A program made the translations under genes and the position numbers. A stretch of DNA of 64,000 bases from Hormiphora californensis (taxonomy: Eukaryota; Animalia; Ctenophora): assembly GCA_020137815.1 (NCBI GenBank), contig CM035357.1, forward strand, positions 8,216,345 through 8,280,344, in the 5' to 3' direction. Position 1 is the stretch's first letter, and the number at the start of each line of letters is the position of its first letter. A model generated the notes under the pieces. The model did not search any database, had not been told where the DNA came from, and saw only the letters and a list, made by a program, of their open reading frames with translations. Positions 13,233-27,100 of this stretch are shown here, one piece after another.

Positions 13233-13697
13233 CTAGTAAATTATATAAATGATTCAGTACGGCTAGTAGATAAAGTCCATTTTTATTCAACTGTTCAGGC
13301 CTCAACTCCTGTGCGTGTGATATTTTAATTCATGCTGTGTGCGCTACATCTTAAAATGTGATAGACACGCAAAACAATTCCGCACGGTTGAAAAAATGGA
13401 CTTTACCGTGTTTTGTTGGAATTCGTTTGATTCCGATTATTTTTCAGGCATAGTCGGTACACAGGTGGCCGACCCCTCCTTTACACCCTCTGTACAGAGG
13501 GCAATCGGTACTCCGGTGGTCACCCGTGAAAATGCATTCGGGAGAATAATCCTTATATGAAACCCAAGCCTTCTCTCCCAAACAAAATATTTGAGGTTTT
13601 AGTTCTCTCCACATCAAGTATGAGAACTAAAACCTCAAATACTTTTTCCATTCGCCACATACCGATTAACAAACAAATTATTATCAATATCCCCCAG

Positions 13698-13837
13698 CAA
13701 AGAAAGATGGTCCATTTGGATTGCTTCAACGAGCAATGACTGAAAACCTTCGTGTTACTGTTCTGACTAGGACCTACAAAGGAGTGAGGGGCCAGTGCTC
13801 TGGATATCTTGTGGCCTTTGATAAATACATGAACCTT
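13698..13837 (+). CDS. LSM11: LSm11-like U7 snRNP protein, internal coding exon A (Sm1 motif, first part)
   Basis: Acceptor ccccag and donor gtaagt. Translates KKDGPFGLLQRAMTENLRVTVLTRTYKGVRGQCSGYLVAFDKYMNL, matching the recalled LSm11 pattern (R.FKG.RG.C.G.LVAFDK..N). Ends in phase 0. Confidence 0.9.
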
Positions 13838-14388
13838 GTAAGTTTAACGAATTACGCAAATCTTGGGCTTCACTGTCGTGCATTTCACCTCCACATATAT
13901 ATATATATATACTCTGCAGTCCAGAGCGTACGCCGTACATGGCACGCTTATGAAACTTATGTATCCCGGCTTTACAAGTTTCGTGTCGCAGCGTTTGTTG
14001 GTTGGTGCTTTTTGAAGCCTCACGGTTTACCATGTAAGACTTCTCAGGTTTGGAGTTTTCCACCGCTGGGGTTTTTTAGTGCTAGTGACTTTGCGCTGCA
14101 TTAATGCACGCTCTGGGGGGTGGTGGTGAAAAACCTAGTTACCACCTAGAGGTCAAGTTGCCGTGGAGCCACCCCGTGAAGAAAAAAGGGGGGAGGGAGT
14201 GGCCCCGGTTTGTAACACTTGTCTTCCCTCTTTTTTCTTTACTGATCCAGCTTTTGGGAGTTAAATTATCAGCTGTTGAAAGAAGGATATAAGCAGCGAT
14301 ATATAGATCACTGAATTAGAGAGATTTAGGGAGACAGAGAGAAAGGGGATTTGGATTTAGAGAGGAATGAGAGGAAAGGAGATATAGG

Positions 14389-14938
14389 AGTGATAGTCAT
14401 AGTGATAGTCATAGTGATAGTCATAGTGATAGTCATAGTGATAGTCATAGTGATAGTCATAGTGATAGTCATAGTGATAGTCATAGTGATAGTCATAGTG
14501 ATAGTCATAGTGATAGTCATAGTGATAGTCGTAGTGATAGTCATAGTGATAGTCATAACTCATAGTCAAAGTCATAGTCATGTTCATAGTCATAGTTTTA
14601 GTCTTGGTCATAGTTTTTATCATAGTCATAAGAAAATGAGATTTAGGATAAAATATTCATAGTTATAGTTATAGTTTAAGTCATGGTCATAGTCTTGGTC
14701 ATAGTTTTAGTCATAGTCATGAGAAATGGAGATATAGGAGATAGAGATAGTCATAGTTTTAGTCATGGCCAGAGTCATAGTTTTAGTCATAGTCATGAGA
14801 TATCATGAGATATAGGGAGCACGGATTTTGGAGATCTTCTTAGTCATAGTGATAGTCATCATGATAGTGATAGTCATAGTGATAGTCATATTCATAGTTT
14901 TAGTCATGGTCATAGTCAGTCATAGTTTTAGTCATAGT
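14389..14938. repeat. (ATAGTGATAGTC)n 12-bp/6-bp minisatellite
   Basis: Direct reading; accounts for the VIVIVI, MTIT and YDYH pseudo-ORFs. Confidence 0.95.
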
Positions 14939-15139
14939 AATGTTATTGGTGTTTCATTCATTGCAGCTTATAGGGTTGGAATGGAGCAAATTATGTGTCC
15001 GGACGTAGCCGTTTTAGGGCTGGCGTTTATCTGGCGCTGGGTGACGGGTGTGGCCAGGGGAAGGAGAAGGGGATCAGCAAAAGCATACAATGTGAACTCG
15101 TGTCGCAGCGTGTCGTGTTGGTTACGAAGTCACCCCTAT

Positions 15140-15575
15140 TATTGAATACGGGGCGATATGCCTCCTCCCGGTCTTTTTCTGAGCTTCTTGTTCTTTGTAG
15201 AGGTTTTTCAATGCTTTCGAATGATACGAATGTGCTCCTGGATGAAAAATACGAAAAATACCAAGACCTAAGACGTCCATACGGGTATCGGGGGCGTGAT
15301 TCGCGGTGTGAGAAAGGGGAAATCTCCGACGGGGAATAGGTGTCTCTGTTTCCACCGCCGTCATGCCAGCCTGCTTGGCCATTTCCGCTAGTGATTCACG
15401 CACTTTATTATGTCGTAAGATAGAGTACCCTCCAAGAGGGCAACCCAGTGTATGGTCAGCAGAGTTGGGTTTGCCACACTGGCATAGGGAGGGGAGATCA
15501 GGAATAGTGAACTCGTATCGTAAAGCCACAGCGTCGATAAACTCCTGCCGGCTCAATTCAAAGCCTAACTATCTA
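15140..15575 (-). mobile_element. Fragment of an RLE-type (CRE-like) non-LTR retrotransposon: zinc knuckle and restriction-like endonuclease
   Basis: EFIDAVALRY..LPSLCQCGK..DHTLGCPLGG...RHNKVR...RMDV shows the CCHC, RHN and R-x-D arrangement of RLE elements. Confidence 0.8.
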
Positions 15576-16681
15576 CCGCCTGGCCCAAATTAAAGGGAGG
15601 GTACGTTGGTCTTCTTTTCACCCAGAAGTTTAATTTCAATCACTCTGATATTTTGACACAATGTCTGCATGGTTACTCATTCGAGGAATCCGAAGTTTCA
15701 GCCCTCTGGATAAAAGTTCATTTTTTCCGACCGAATGAACATTGAATGAACAAAAATATGGGACCATATTTCGGTACCAAAGTTTCACAAATTTGTTTGG
15801 CTATTGATTTCCTTTCGAATGGGACTAGTTTGAGCTTAATTGGATCACCACAAGAATCACAGTGATCCGTTTTCTAAGCCTAGGGTAAGTCATGTGATCC
15901 CCATCAAATTATGACGTGTTAGCAAGAGAGCTTACATTTTCACGGATGCTGTATCGGTACACCATCCTCATTAGCAGACGTGATACGTGATACTCGTCCG
16001 TAACACCTGCTTATTGGCACTTAGTAATGACGCTATCGTCTCATTAATTGTCAGATGACCAAACCTAGGGTTAGATAACTAGACACTGTGTCTCTTGTGG
16101 TGGTCCAATTGAGCTCAAATTAGTCGCGTTGAAAGGAAATCGATACCCGAAGGCGACTGTGAAAATCCGGTTCCAAAAAGCATTCCTGTTTTCAAGTTCA
16201 TTCAGGATTCATTCCAGTCGGAAAAATGAATTTTAAGATAGAGAGCTTAATTTCCGGCTAACACCAAAATTGATCAAGTGTAGTGGCCGTACAGATTTTT
16301 AGCGCCTGAATTTACCGATTTCTGGTCAAAACAGGTCAAAATCGATGTTTGGTAAAAAATATCATCTTTAAATAATTTATTTCACCCACTAAACTTGATT
16401 CAATTTTAATATAAATTTAGATTGCCATTTGTTGATACTTGATCTATTGTATGGCGGTTTTAAAAATAATAAAATCGAATTTAATCAAGAGAAAACCTCA
16501 AAAAACCCGAAAAACGAAAAATTGAGTTCATTAATGAACTTTCAACTTTTATGATTTGAAACTTCGGATTCCTCGAATGAGTACCCATGCAGACATTGTG
16601 TCAAAATATCAGAGTGATTGAAATTAAACTTCTGGGTGAAAAGAAGGCCAACGTACCCTCCCTTTAATTTGGGCCACGCGG
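15576..16681. mobile_element. TA-TSD MITE (CCG ends, ~125-bp outer TIR)
   Basis: TA|CCGCCTGGCCCAAATTAAAGGGAGG...CCTCCCTTTAATTTGGGCCACGCGG|TA. Interior resembles 44897-45774. Confidence 0.85.
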
Positions 16682-17204
16682 TATATAAGGTTTGGCTGAG
16701 AGCCCCTTTCTCTAGAGTGTCGGGTTTTGAAATCTTTTTTTGAAATAGAACTGGCTAGACGTATTTTTTTACGCTGATTCCGAATCTGTCATCAGATTTG
16801 ATCTACGATAATGTCATCCCTGATCGCAGTCCTTATAAAAGAATTTCTATTGCGCTGCGTTTTAGTGCTGGCACTATATCACGTGATCTCTCGCTAATTA
16901 GCTGCACTCTCGATCTTACACACGAGTACACAACTCGAGATGTGTGAGAACCCCGGTCCCATTACAATTACGGTTGAATTGATCGGGACGAAGCTGAATC
17001 AATAGCTTGCTGCTTGGGATATATTTGAGGTAAAATATGTGAATGGGGTATTACAAATCTATTGGGTAAGTAGGATGTAACCAATGATTGGGTCCCGGGG
17101 TTGTGTATCAAACACGTGTCTGAATGTGGTACTGATAGCTATTAGCTATAATTGAGTTCGAGACACTGAAACAGAGTGAGTGAAAGGGAGTGTGTGTGTG
17201 TGTG

Positions 17205-17740
17205 TGTGACACGGTTTTGACACGGTTTGACACGGTTTTAAAATAATTCTGCACGGGTTTCCCGGTGCGCAAGAATGTTGGAGCATCAACCTGTCGACAT
17301 CCAAGGATAGAGGGTGTCAGGTTGGTGCTCCAGATTCTGGGAATATAACACAGTAATAAATAATTATTCAGATTATAAGGAGTATAGTGGAGTTTGTCCT
17401 AAGTGGTGTGAGGCAGCTAAGCCGGTTAATGTCCTTTAGTAAATTTTTCGCGAGTTGAAATGATGGCGTGAGTAAAACACGCCACCAGGCCTGCGATCCG
17501 CGGGGTGTAGTTATGAAGATTGTGGAAGATGTGAGTGAGTGAGTGATGTGATAAAAGGAAAATTTCCGGTTCTTTCCTCAAGTTGTCTCGGCTGTCTTCG
17601 TAGAGGCTGCAGTGGTCCAGAGCATGTTCCTCAGTCTCTACTTCATAGATGTTCAAGCTCTCGCACCAGGGGCAGTAGCGGTTGTCTCTGGGGATGTTGG
17701 TGTACCGGCCGGTTTCTATTTTGAGAGGGTGGGCATACAT
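17205..17740 (-). mobile_element. 3' fragment of an RTE-X/L2-like LINE
   Basis: AHPLKIETGRY..RYCPWC..ETEEHALDHCSLY; gacacggttt repeats at the presumed 3' end. Confidence 0.8.
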
Positions 17741-19351
17741 CGGCCCACGTAATTGGGCCAGGGTAGGACTAAAATTTTTTTACCAAATGTTTTAGAATGA
17801 GGAACTCATTCTAGGGGTAAACTATTTGAAAATTGGATTTGATTTATGAGTTGAGAAAAATAGCACACCCAGTGTGTGTTGTTGCGTGTGCAGTGCACAC
17901 GCAACACACACTGTGCAGTAGTTAGGGCGTGTGTACTGTGTAGTGATGTAATGTTCACACTGTGTGCGTGTGACTAGAAAGTGTCTAATTTTTCACATAC
18001 CACTGCAACGGTATTTTACTTTATAATTACTAGTGTTTTTGCAGTGGTCTAAGTTTTCACAGTACACTGTAACCGGTGGTCTAAGTGGTTAGACCACCGG
18101 AAACGGTGTACTGTGAAAACTTAAATAACCGGTTAAAATTGTCTAATTGTTATTAGTTACACGCGATAAGCGACTTAGTGCACCAAAACACAAGGATTGT
18201 CTCTGTAGTATGCAGTATAGCAATGTCCGCTATATTGGGAGAGGTGGGAGGGGGAGGGCGGGTGGGGGTGGGGCGGTGGGTAATATTAGACCAGAATGTT
18301 CCTCGACAGTGGGGGGGGGTACGAAAAGATAAGAAGTGATACTGAGTGTGAGAAGGGAAAAAGGGGGGAAAGAGATGAAACAAAAATGACGACGCGAAAG
18401 CAAGAAATCATAAACACAGAACACACGGATTTGAGAGAGTGCAAGAGATAGATGAACGAGATTGGGATCGGGAGGCGCTCATGCGTGACAGACCTCCAAT
18501 TTGATTAGCTGCACTGACAAAGTTCGTGATTGGGGGCGGGGATATTAGACCAGAATGTACCATGAATCAGGAAAACAACTTTTCAGTTTTTTTCTTTCTT
18601 TTTCAGAAATTTCAGTTTTTAGAATTTTACTTTTCTATTTTATTTTTTGTATTTTATTTTTTGTATTTTTCTTTTTCGGTTTCAGGTTTTAGTTTTTAGA
18701 TTTTTATTTTTCAAAATCCAAATTTTAAAGAGATATTCAGATTAAAACAAAGGAATTAGAGGTAAACAAGGAATTTATAACACAAAACAGTTGAAATATG
18801 CGGGGTAGCCATTTATACCACCATTATAGGCCTCCGCCCTGTTATTGATTTTAGAGCAAACTTTTTCAAAGACCTGGCTGCAAAGAACTACTGAACCGAT
18901 TTGCTTCTCGTTTGTTGCCACTCTGGCAGATAATTGTCTTTAGTTTTACGAAAAATACCCGTGAGTATCAGCATTTGGGGAATAGTGGGTCAAAATTGAC
19001 TCTAAACATAGGTAATTCTTTAAAGACCTGGCTGCAAGCTCCTACTCGGTCCTGGGACAATCTGCGGGTACTGGGTGAATCTTCATGGCCATGTGAGCAT
19101 GGGAAAATACCCGCCGATTCATCACGATGCGAAATGAGGCGGTAATTGACGTTTGAGTAGTGCTAGGTCAGCTGAAAAGGTCTCCAAAAACAGTCTGTCG
19201 CGTGGGATTTGCTGAAAAACGTGCTTTACATCGTGCGCACGTGAGTTCTTGCTGTCCACAGGGCGAGAGCCTATTCTTCGCGGAGCGAGAATAGGTTGCA
19301 ATGGAGCCAAGGCTCTCTAGTCATACCAAAAAGGAGAGAAACTATATAGTA

Positions 19352-20314
19352 CGGTGGCAGATTCCGGCCAAGAGTTTTTTCAATCAAGTGAAATATTTTT
19401 GTTTGAAGTTTTATAAAAATTTTATTTCAAAATAACAATAAACATGTTGTTAAAATTATTGGCCGGAATCTGCCACGTGAGTGCTAGATCTCGGCTAAAA
19501 TTCTAAAAAACCTTGGCCAGAATCTGCCAACCACGTGGCAGATTCCGGCCAACAAACTGAAACTTACTTATATCAAAGCGAAAACCGCTGTACCCGACTA
19601 ATTTTGATACGCTGAATCACGTAAGCAACTTTTGCAATCCCTCAGAGGTCGGGAAAGTGTCCTAATTGAGCATAATAGGGTCTAATTGGCCCCACTTACA
19701 AATGTTCCCCTAGAAACGATAGACGCTTATGTGAAGGCACTTTTCCGACTAATTTTGATACGCTGAATCACGTAAGCAACATTTCCAAGCCCTCCGAGGT
19801 CGGGAATTCGGCCTAATTAAGTATAATCAGGTCTAATTGGCCTTAATTGCTCAATAACGGCAAATTCCCGACCTCGGAGGGCTTGGAAAAGTTGCTTACG
19901 TGATTCAGCGTATCAAAATTAGTCAGAAAAGTTCCTTCACATTAGCGTCTATCGTTTCTAGGTGAACATTTGTAAGTGGGGTCAATTAGACCATATTATG
20001 CTCAATTAGGACACTTTCCCGACCTCTGAGGGATTGGAAAAGTTGCTTACGTGATTCAGCGTATCAAAATTAGTCGGGTACAGCGGTTTTCGCTTTGATA
20101 TAAGTAAGTTTCAGTTTGTTGGCCGGAATCTGCCATGTGGTTGGCAGATTCTGGCCAAGGTTTTTTTAGAATTTTGGCCGAGATCTGCCATTCGCGTGGC
20201 AGATTCCGGCCAATAATTTTAACGACATTTTTATTTTGAAATGAAATTTTTATAAAACTTCAAACAAAAATATTTCACTTGATTGAAAAAACTCTTGGCC
20301 GAAATCTGCCACCG
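19352..20314. mobile_element. Almost fully palindromic foldback element, TA TSD
   Basis: TA|CGGTGGCAGATT...ATCTGCCACCG|TA. Arms pair up to a centre near 19835. Confidence 0.9.
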
Positions 20315-20417
20315 TAATGTAGTACATACCAAAAACCAATTAAATTGGTTTAGATAATCTGGGGCCCAATGTTCACCACGATTGATTAGATTGATATTTT
20401 ACCCTTTTTACTTTTAG

Positions 20418-20640
20418 GCGTTGACTGACGTGACTGAACACTTCCGATCTTTATACCATTCCGAGAGAACCTGTGGGAAAGTGGAGATTGAAATCAACCT
20501 TATAAATCAATCAGCTTCATCGCAACGGTCAAAAATAAACGAAGGAGTACACTGTTATGATAATGTTAAAATCAAACCTGTTTCACCTTCTTTCTCCCCG
20601 GGGTCTAGTATAGGATCTCCTGGCACAACTCCTTCACCAG
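20418..20640 (+). CDS. LSM11: LSm11-like coding exon B (end of Sm1 motif and start of the long Sm1-Sm2 spacer)
   Basis: Acceptor cttttag, phase 0. Begins ALTDVTEHFRS, completing the Sm1 motif (N-L-A-L-T-D-V-x-E), then runs Ser/Pro-rich. Donor CAG|gtcagt, phase 1. Confidence 0.85.
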
Positions 20641-20675
20641 GTCAGTTATTGATTTTTTTAGTGGTATTAATTATT

Positions 20676-21393
20676 GGTAGGCGGACTCTAGTGCTACACT
20701 CTAAGTCTACAGTGGACTCTACCATGGATACATGGAATAGAGAACACCTGCATTGGCTTAAAAACAGGAATTTAGGTTCATTAATGAATTTCTGCAGTTT
20801 TGGACTTGAAACTCTGTACACATATCTGGCATATAAGCTCAACAACATTGTGTCAAAATTTCAGAACCATTGGAATTAAGGTGCCGGAGAAATCTAAGAT
20901 TTTAGACCCTCCCTTTTTATTGGCCCACACGGTATATCTAAATTTAGATTTAGATAAAGAGTCCAAATAAGTCTAAACTCTAGGAGGACTCTATATCTAA
21001 AAAGTCTACACAGGGCGGACTCTTTATCTAAAAATTCTACAAAGGGCGGACTCTAAACTAGACATAGAGTCCGCCATTCTCAGCGAACTCGAGATTTCGG
21101 CCGTTAGGCCGGAAACGAGAGTTTGCTGTACCTCTATACTTGTTTAGAAGTGTTAGGGCCATTATTTGGGTTCGAGGTTAGGGTTAGGGTGGGGGTTAGG
21201 GTTAGGTTTTGGGTTGGTTTAGGATTTTAGACATAGAGTCCGGGTTGGGGGATTTGGCGCCAAAATGTACCTGGGGACTCTATGTCTAAAAAGTCTACAC
21301 AGGGCGGACTCTATGTCTAAAAAGTCTAAATTAGGCGGACTCTTTATCTATAACTGTAGATAAAGAGTCCGTTAGCACTAGAGTCCGCCCACC
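20676..21393. mobile_element. Mutator-like MITE, copy 2, carrying a ~210-bp TA-flanked insertion (about 20723-20932)
   Basis: Perfect 9-bp TSD TTAATTATT; same TIR as the 10128 copy. Confidence 0.9.
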
Positions 21394-21939
21394 TTAATTA
21401 TTGTGTGTCAGCTTTTACTGTGTTGCCTGTCGTTGAGTGTTTATATGGTGATTGAACAGAGACTCGCGACCTATTCCGAGCCATTTTGTCAGACGTTGAA
21501 TACAAGAGTTTAAACAATATTTTTGACCTTGGAAGGGGGAAGTTGACAAAAGAGAGAGCGTGAAGAGAGATTGTTACAGTAGCCTACATACTGGAATTCA
21601 ATCACCTATTTTTAGAGAACTAGGGAACGTGAACCCTTCAAGTAGACCAACTAAACAGTGAAAAATCACCTTTTTGCACGAATTTGAGCCGTTTTACGCC
21701 ATAACGCGTTCATTTCTCAACCATTTTTGGAAATCTTGAGCTCATTGGAAAGAGGAAGTTAAACTCTTTCCAAAGAGCTATGAAATTTGCAGATTGGCTA
21801 AGAAATTAATTTGCATGTGCAAACTGAGGTCCGCTATCCCACTCCAAGATCTCCTATTAAACTGCACGTGCAAATGCTGAGCCATCATCACTACCTAGAC
21901 TAACCATCTGCCTTTTTAATAACTAGAAAGCCCGTTGTA

Positions 21940-22580
21940 GTAGGGTAAACCGGGGCAATTCGAACAACCGGGGCAATTCGAACAACGTACTGCCCGTCTT
22001 TCACCTAGTTAAGCTATCATAATGACGTCATCCTATCTCCCGAAGAAAACTGCTCGTTCGAGCCTGCCCGTTACCACTAAATAGGCTCTAGATCCGGCTT
22101 AATATTATCCAGCTAATAATATTAGCTTTCAGATGGTATAAAAATTATTTAAATATTCGCTATATATGTTTTCATTCCAAATTCTGGTAAATTAAGATTA
22201 CCGGGGCAATTCGAACCACCGGGGCAATTCGAACTGGGGCAATTTGTTTAGTGAACCGGGCCAATGATGTGCAGTTCTTTGTACCACGTGATACCGGGGC
22301 AATTCGAACAAGAACGACCAGCGTGTAGATTACATTGTTCGAATTGCCCCCACCTCTAACAACACCAGGCGGGAATCTTCTTCTGGTGTTGTGAGGACGT
22401 TCACGTGACGAAATAAAGCACTCCTATTGGTGTTGTCCGAATTGCCCCGGTACCATTTTTTCCGACCAAAATTTTTAAATTAGTTATTTAGTTAAGTAAA
22501 TGATGGTGCCTAGAGTTGAAATTTATCTTATTTGAAAGATAAAATAATGAACTTTAATCCTATATAATTTTTTTATTGTA
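21940..22580 (+). mobile_element. Partial DNA transposon (GTAGGGTAAACCGGGGCAATTCGAAC terminus)
   Basis: Repeated ccggggcaattcgaac in both orientations. An inverted homologous arm lies at 56820-57040. Confidence 0.75.
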
Positions 22581-23409
22581 TCTTTTGGTGGTGAGGGCGG
22601 TGTCTTTTTAAGCCCACCCAGGGGTCAGGAAATCTCTACTTCACTCTCTCTCTCATACCACTGTTTCTTATCCCTGGCCCAAGATCCGTCGGGGGTGAAA
22701 TTAGTTCACTCTACACGGGGTGCCACTGTTTTATAGCTAAACCCCACGGCTCGAGACAAGATACAGTCGACAAAATCCACTTACAAGTACTGGGAAATCA
22801 TAGCTGCAGCCCATGCGTGTAAGTGCATCACATAGCTCGCTCCCACACCACATCTCTCTGCCACATCTCTGCCACAGGACTCGATCACGTCACGGCGGCA
22901 ACACAGGAATTCGTCAGTGTGACCCGGCATACCCCGGGGTAAAACAGAAGTTTTCGTGTGGCCTTACCGCGCCCTCTCACCGTCTTTTTCCCTCTTGCGG
23001 TACCTCAGGAATCTTCAAGGGTGACCCGGCATACCCCGGGATAAACCATGAAGCTCCCAGGGGATCTCCACCGCCTTCTCGGTACCACAGGAAACAGTCA
23101 GAGTGACTCGGCATACCCCGAGGTAAATCAGGCCAACCCAGTGGACAAATACCTCTCTGTCCCACCTCCTTCCTCACGAACACATCACCTAGTTTCCCGC
23201 TCTTTTCTACTTTCTATGTTAAATAGGAACCCCCCCCCCCCCCCCCCGATCCCTTCCCTGGGACACATGCGGACCACCACTACCCGTCAGTTAGTGGTGG
23301 ATCCGGTTTAAACCCGTAAACTGAGCAACTTGGGCATATCACAACGCGGCAGTGTGAGAAACCCGTAGTTATACTACACATAAAAATTGCCCCGGGCCTG
23401 ACTCGTTAA

Positions 23410-24150
23410 ATCAGACAATGGTGGGATTTTCACAGGCAGAGTGAGAAACCCATCTATAAACCAAAATGAGAACTGCCCCGATTAAACCATATCGCACGTC
23501 CACCACCCACACCATGGGGGACAGAGCTAATAAACTTTTAAAACGGCACAATAAAACCCAAAAACTAGGTACAAATATACCACAACCTAAGAATTGTGAA
23601 GGTGAAGGCACACACAAACATTGAAGGAAATGAGATCGCAGACGAACTGGCAAAAAAAGCAACAAAGGAAAGTTAGTCGACAAAAAACAAGATCGGGCCA
23701 AACAAGGCAATCATAAAAATAGAACTGCAGAAGTGGTTCAAAAGTGAAAACTTAGAACAACTCAGAAATAAAAACTACAACAACTTCACAACAGCAATAC
23801 TAACCAAAATCTACAGAGATTACGGAACTATAAGATTTAAAGACAAACCCAAAGTAAGACAGATGATCCGAGCAGAATCAGGACAAAACGACCTAGCATC
23901 ATCAAGAAACCACAGGGATAAGGATATAAATCCAAACTGTGAACTATGCGGAATAAAAAAATTCAGAGCATGTTTTAATACATTGCCCCCGGTTGGAAGA
24001 ACTAAAACACAAACTTGACTACAAAACCATTAAAGAAGAGGTATACGGAGACAACCACCTAGACCTCCCAAAACATACCAAAGTCATAACAAAAAGAGGA
24101 CTATTCCGCAAAAAAAATTAACGACGTTTGAAACAAACGACCAGGGGCAA
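23410..24150 (+). mobile_element. 3' fragment of an RNase H-bearing LINE (I/R1-group-like), frameshifted
   Basis: Own translation LRIVKVKAHTNIEGNEIADELAKKA (RNase H C-terminus), followed by NPNCELCG..EHVLIHCP (Cys/His domain). Confidence 0.8.
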
Positions 24151-27100
24151 AAACCATTCGGGGCCTGGCAAGGCCCCCCGACCCGAAAATAACCCAAACT
24201 CAACCCATCCCCCCTAAAACATCCCCCCTAAAACTAAAACAACGGGGCCGAGCCGACAGGCCCTTAATACCAGATGAAAAAAACCATAACCATTCGGGGC
24301 CTGGCAAGGCCCCCCGACCCGAATATAACCCAAACTCAACCCATCCCCCCTAAAACATCCCCCCTAAAACTAAAACAACGGGGCCGAGCCGACAGGCCCT
24401 TAATACCAGATGAAAAAAAACCATAAACCATTCGGGGCCTGGCAAGGCCCCCCGACCCGAATATAACCCAAACTCAACCCATCCCCCCTAAAACATCCCC
24501 CCTAAAACTAAAACAACGGGGCCGAGCCGACAGGCCCTTAATACCAGATGAAAAAAAACCATAAACCATTCGGGGCCTGGCAAGGCCCCCCGACCCGAAT
24601 ATAACCCAAACTCAACCCATCCCCCCTAAAACATCCCCCCTAAAACTAAAACAACGGGGCCGAGCCGACAGGCCCTTAATACCAGATGAAAAAAAACCAT
24701 AAACCATTCGGGGCCTGGCAAGGCCCCCCGACCCGAATATAACCCAAACTCAACCCATCCCCCCTAAAACATCCCCCCTAAAACTAAAACAACGGGGCCG
24801 AGCCGACAGGCCCTTAATACCAGATGAAAAAAAAACCATAAAACCATAACCATAACCATAACCATAGATATTTTTAGAGTGAAAGTTTTGAAGCCCCCTG
24901 AAGTAGTAGAGAGGTGTTCTATGGCTCGTTGGAAAGGTCTCGAGGTCCCGCGACGTATAGGGGGTGTGGCGATGGCCATACCCAAACCTATAAGGGGTAG
25001 GACGCGAAAAACAGTCAAAATAAGGGGTATACAGAACTCGGCAATTAGAAGGAGTAGAAAGGTGTTCTAGGGTGCGTTCGAAAGCTCTCGAGGTGCTGAA
25101 GTAATTGGAATGTAATTGGAAGTAATTACATGTAATTAAAGGGTAATTACATGTAATTAAAGGGTAATTACATGTAATTAAAAGGTCTAAATGACCCCAA
25201 ATGACAATTCAGACATATTTTGACACATTTGGAGGCCCTGAGACCAGCGGGTGGCCAAATTTAATCCGGTTTCGGGTCGGCTGACGTAAAAACTCCGCGT
25301 TTTGGTCGAGGTAAACCATAAACCATAACCATAGATATTTTTAGAGTGAAAGTTTTGAAGCCCCCTGAAGTAGTAGAGAGGTGTTCTATGGCTCATTGGA
25401 AAGGTCTCGAGGTCCCGCGACGTATAGGGGGTGTGGCGATGGCCATACCCAAACCTATAAGGGGTAGGACGCGAAAAACAGTCAAAATAAGGGGTATACA
25501 GAACTCGGCAATTAGAAGGAGTAGAAAGGTGTTCTAGGGTGCGTTCGAAAGCTCTCGAGGTGCTGAAGTAATTGGAATGTAATTGGAAGTAATTACATGT
25601 AATTAAAATGTAATTACATGTAATTAAAGGGTAATTACATGTAATTAAAAGGTCTAAATGACCCCAAATGACAATTCAGACATATTTTGACATATTTGGA
25701 GGCCCTGAGACCAGCGGGTGGCAAAATTTAATCCGGTTTCGGGTCGGCTGACGTAAAAACTCCGCGTTTTGGTCGAGGTAAACCATAAACCATAAACCAT
25801 AACCATAGATATTTTTAGAGTGAAAGTTTTGAAGCCCCCTGAAGTAGTAGAGAGGTGTTCTATGGCTCATTGGAAAGGTCTCGAGGTCCCGCGACGTATA
25901 GGGGGTGTGGCGATGGCCATACCCAAACCTATAAGGGGTAGGACGCGAAAAACAGTCAAAATAAGGGGTATACAGAACTCGGCAATTAGAAGGAGTAGAA
26001 AGGTGTTCTAGGGTGCGTTCGTAAGCTCTCGAGGTGCTGAAGTAATTGGAATGTAATTGGAAGTAATTACATGTAATTAAAATGTAATTACATGTAATTA
26101 AAGGGTAATTACATGTAATTAAAAGGTCTAAATGACCCCAAATGACAATTCAGACATATTTTGACATATTTGGAGGCCCTGAGACCAGCGGGTGGCAAAA
26201 TTTAATCCGGTTTCGGGTCGGCTGACGTAAAAACTCCGCGTTTTGGTCGAGTAAACCATAAAACCATAAACCATAAAACCATAGATATTTTTAGAGTGAA
26301 AGTTTTGAAGCCCCCTGAAGTATTAGAGAGGTGTTCTATGGCTCGTTGGAAAGGTCTCGAGTTCCCGCGACGTATAGGGGGTGTGGCGATGGCCATACCC
26401 AAACCTATAAGGGGTAGGACGCGAAAAACAGTCAAAATAAGGGGTATACAGAACTCGGCAATTAGAAGGAGTAGAAAGGTGTTCTAGGGTGCATTCGAAA
26501 GCTCTCGAGGTGCTGAAGTAATTGGAATGTAATTGGAAGTAATTACATGTAATTAAAATGTAATTACATGTAATTAAAGGGTAATTACATGTAATTAAAA
26601 GGTCTAAATGACCCCAAATGACAATTCAGACATATTTTGACATATTTTGAGGCCCTGAGACCAGCGGGTGGCCAAATTTAATCCGGTTTCGGGTCGGCTG
26701 ACGTAAAAACTCCGCGTTTTGGTCGAGGTAAACCATAAACCATAAACCATAACCATAGATATTTTTAGAGTGAAAGTTTTGAAGCCCCCTGAAGTAGTAG
26801 AGAGGTGTTCTATGGCTCATTGGAAAGGTCTCGAGGTCCCGCGACGTATAGGGGGTGTGGCGATAGCCATACCCAAACCTATAAGGGGTAGGACGCGAAA
26901 AACAGTCAAAATAAGGGGTATACAGAACTCGGCAATTAGAAGGAGTAGAAAGGTGTTCTAGGGTGCGTTCGAAAGCTCTCGAGGTGCTGAAGTAATTGGA
27001 ATGTAATTGGAAGTAATTACATGTAATTAAAATGTAATTACATGTAATTAAAGGGTAATTACATGTAATTAAAAGGTCTAAATAACCCCAAATGACAATT

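Noticed and set aside
13448-13560. Upstream LSm11 exon (..TRENAFGRIILI)
   Set aside because: Good acceptor, but no suitable donor after the weak RNVLTRM-like segment, and the frame ends in a stop.
14326-14662. VIVIVI, MTIT and YDYH repeat proteins
   Set aside because: Translations of a 12-bp minisatellite.
21460-21563. Alternative terminal exon after exon B (ETRDLFRAILSDVEYK...*)
   Set aside because: Phase fits, but the acceptor lacks a pyrimidine tract and the product would lack Sm2.
22890-23130. Minus-strand hammerhead ribozymes (CTGACGA next to GTC)
   Set aside because: No GAAA before the putative stem III and no room for stem I.
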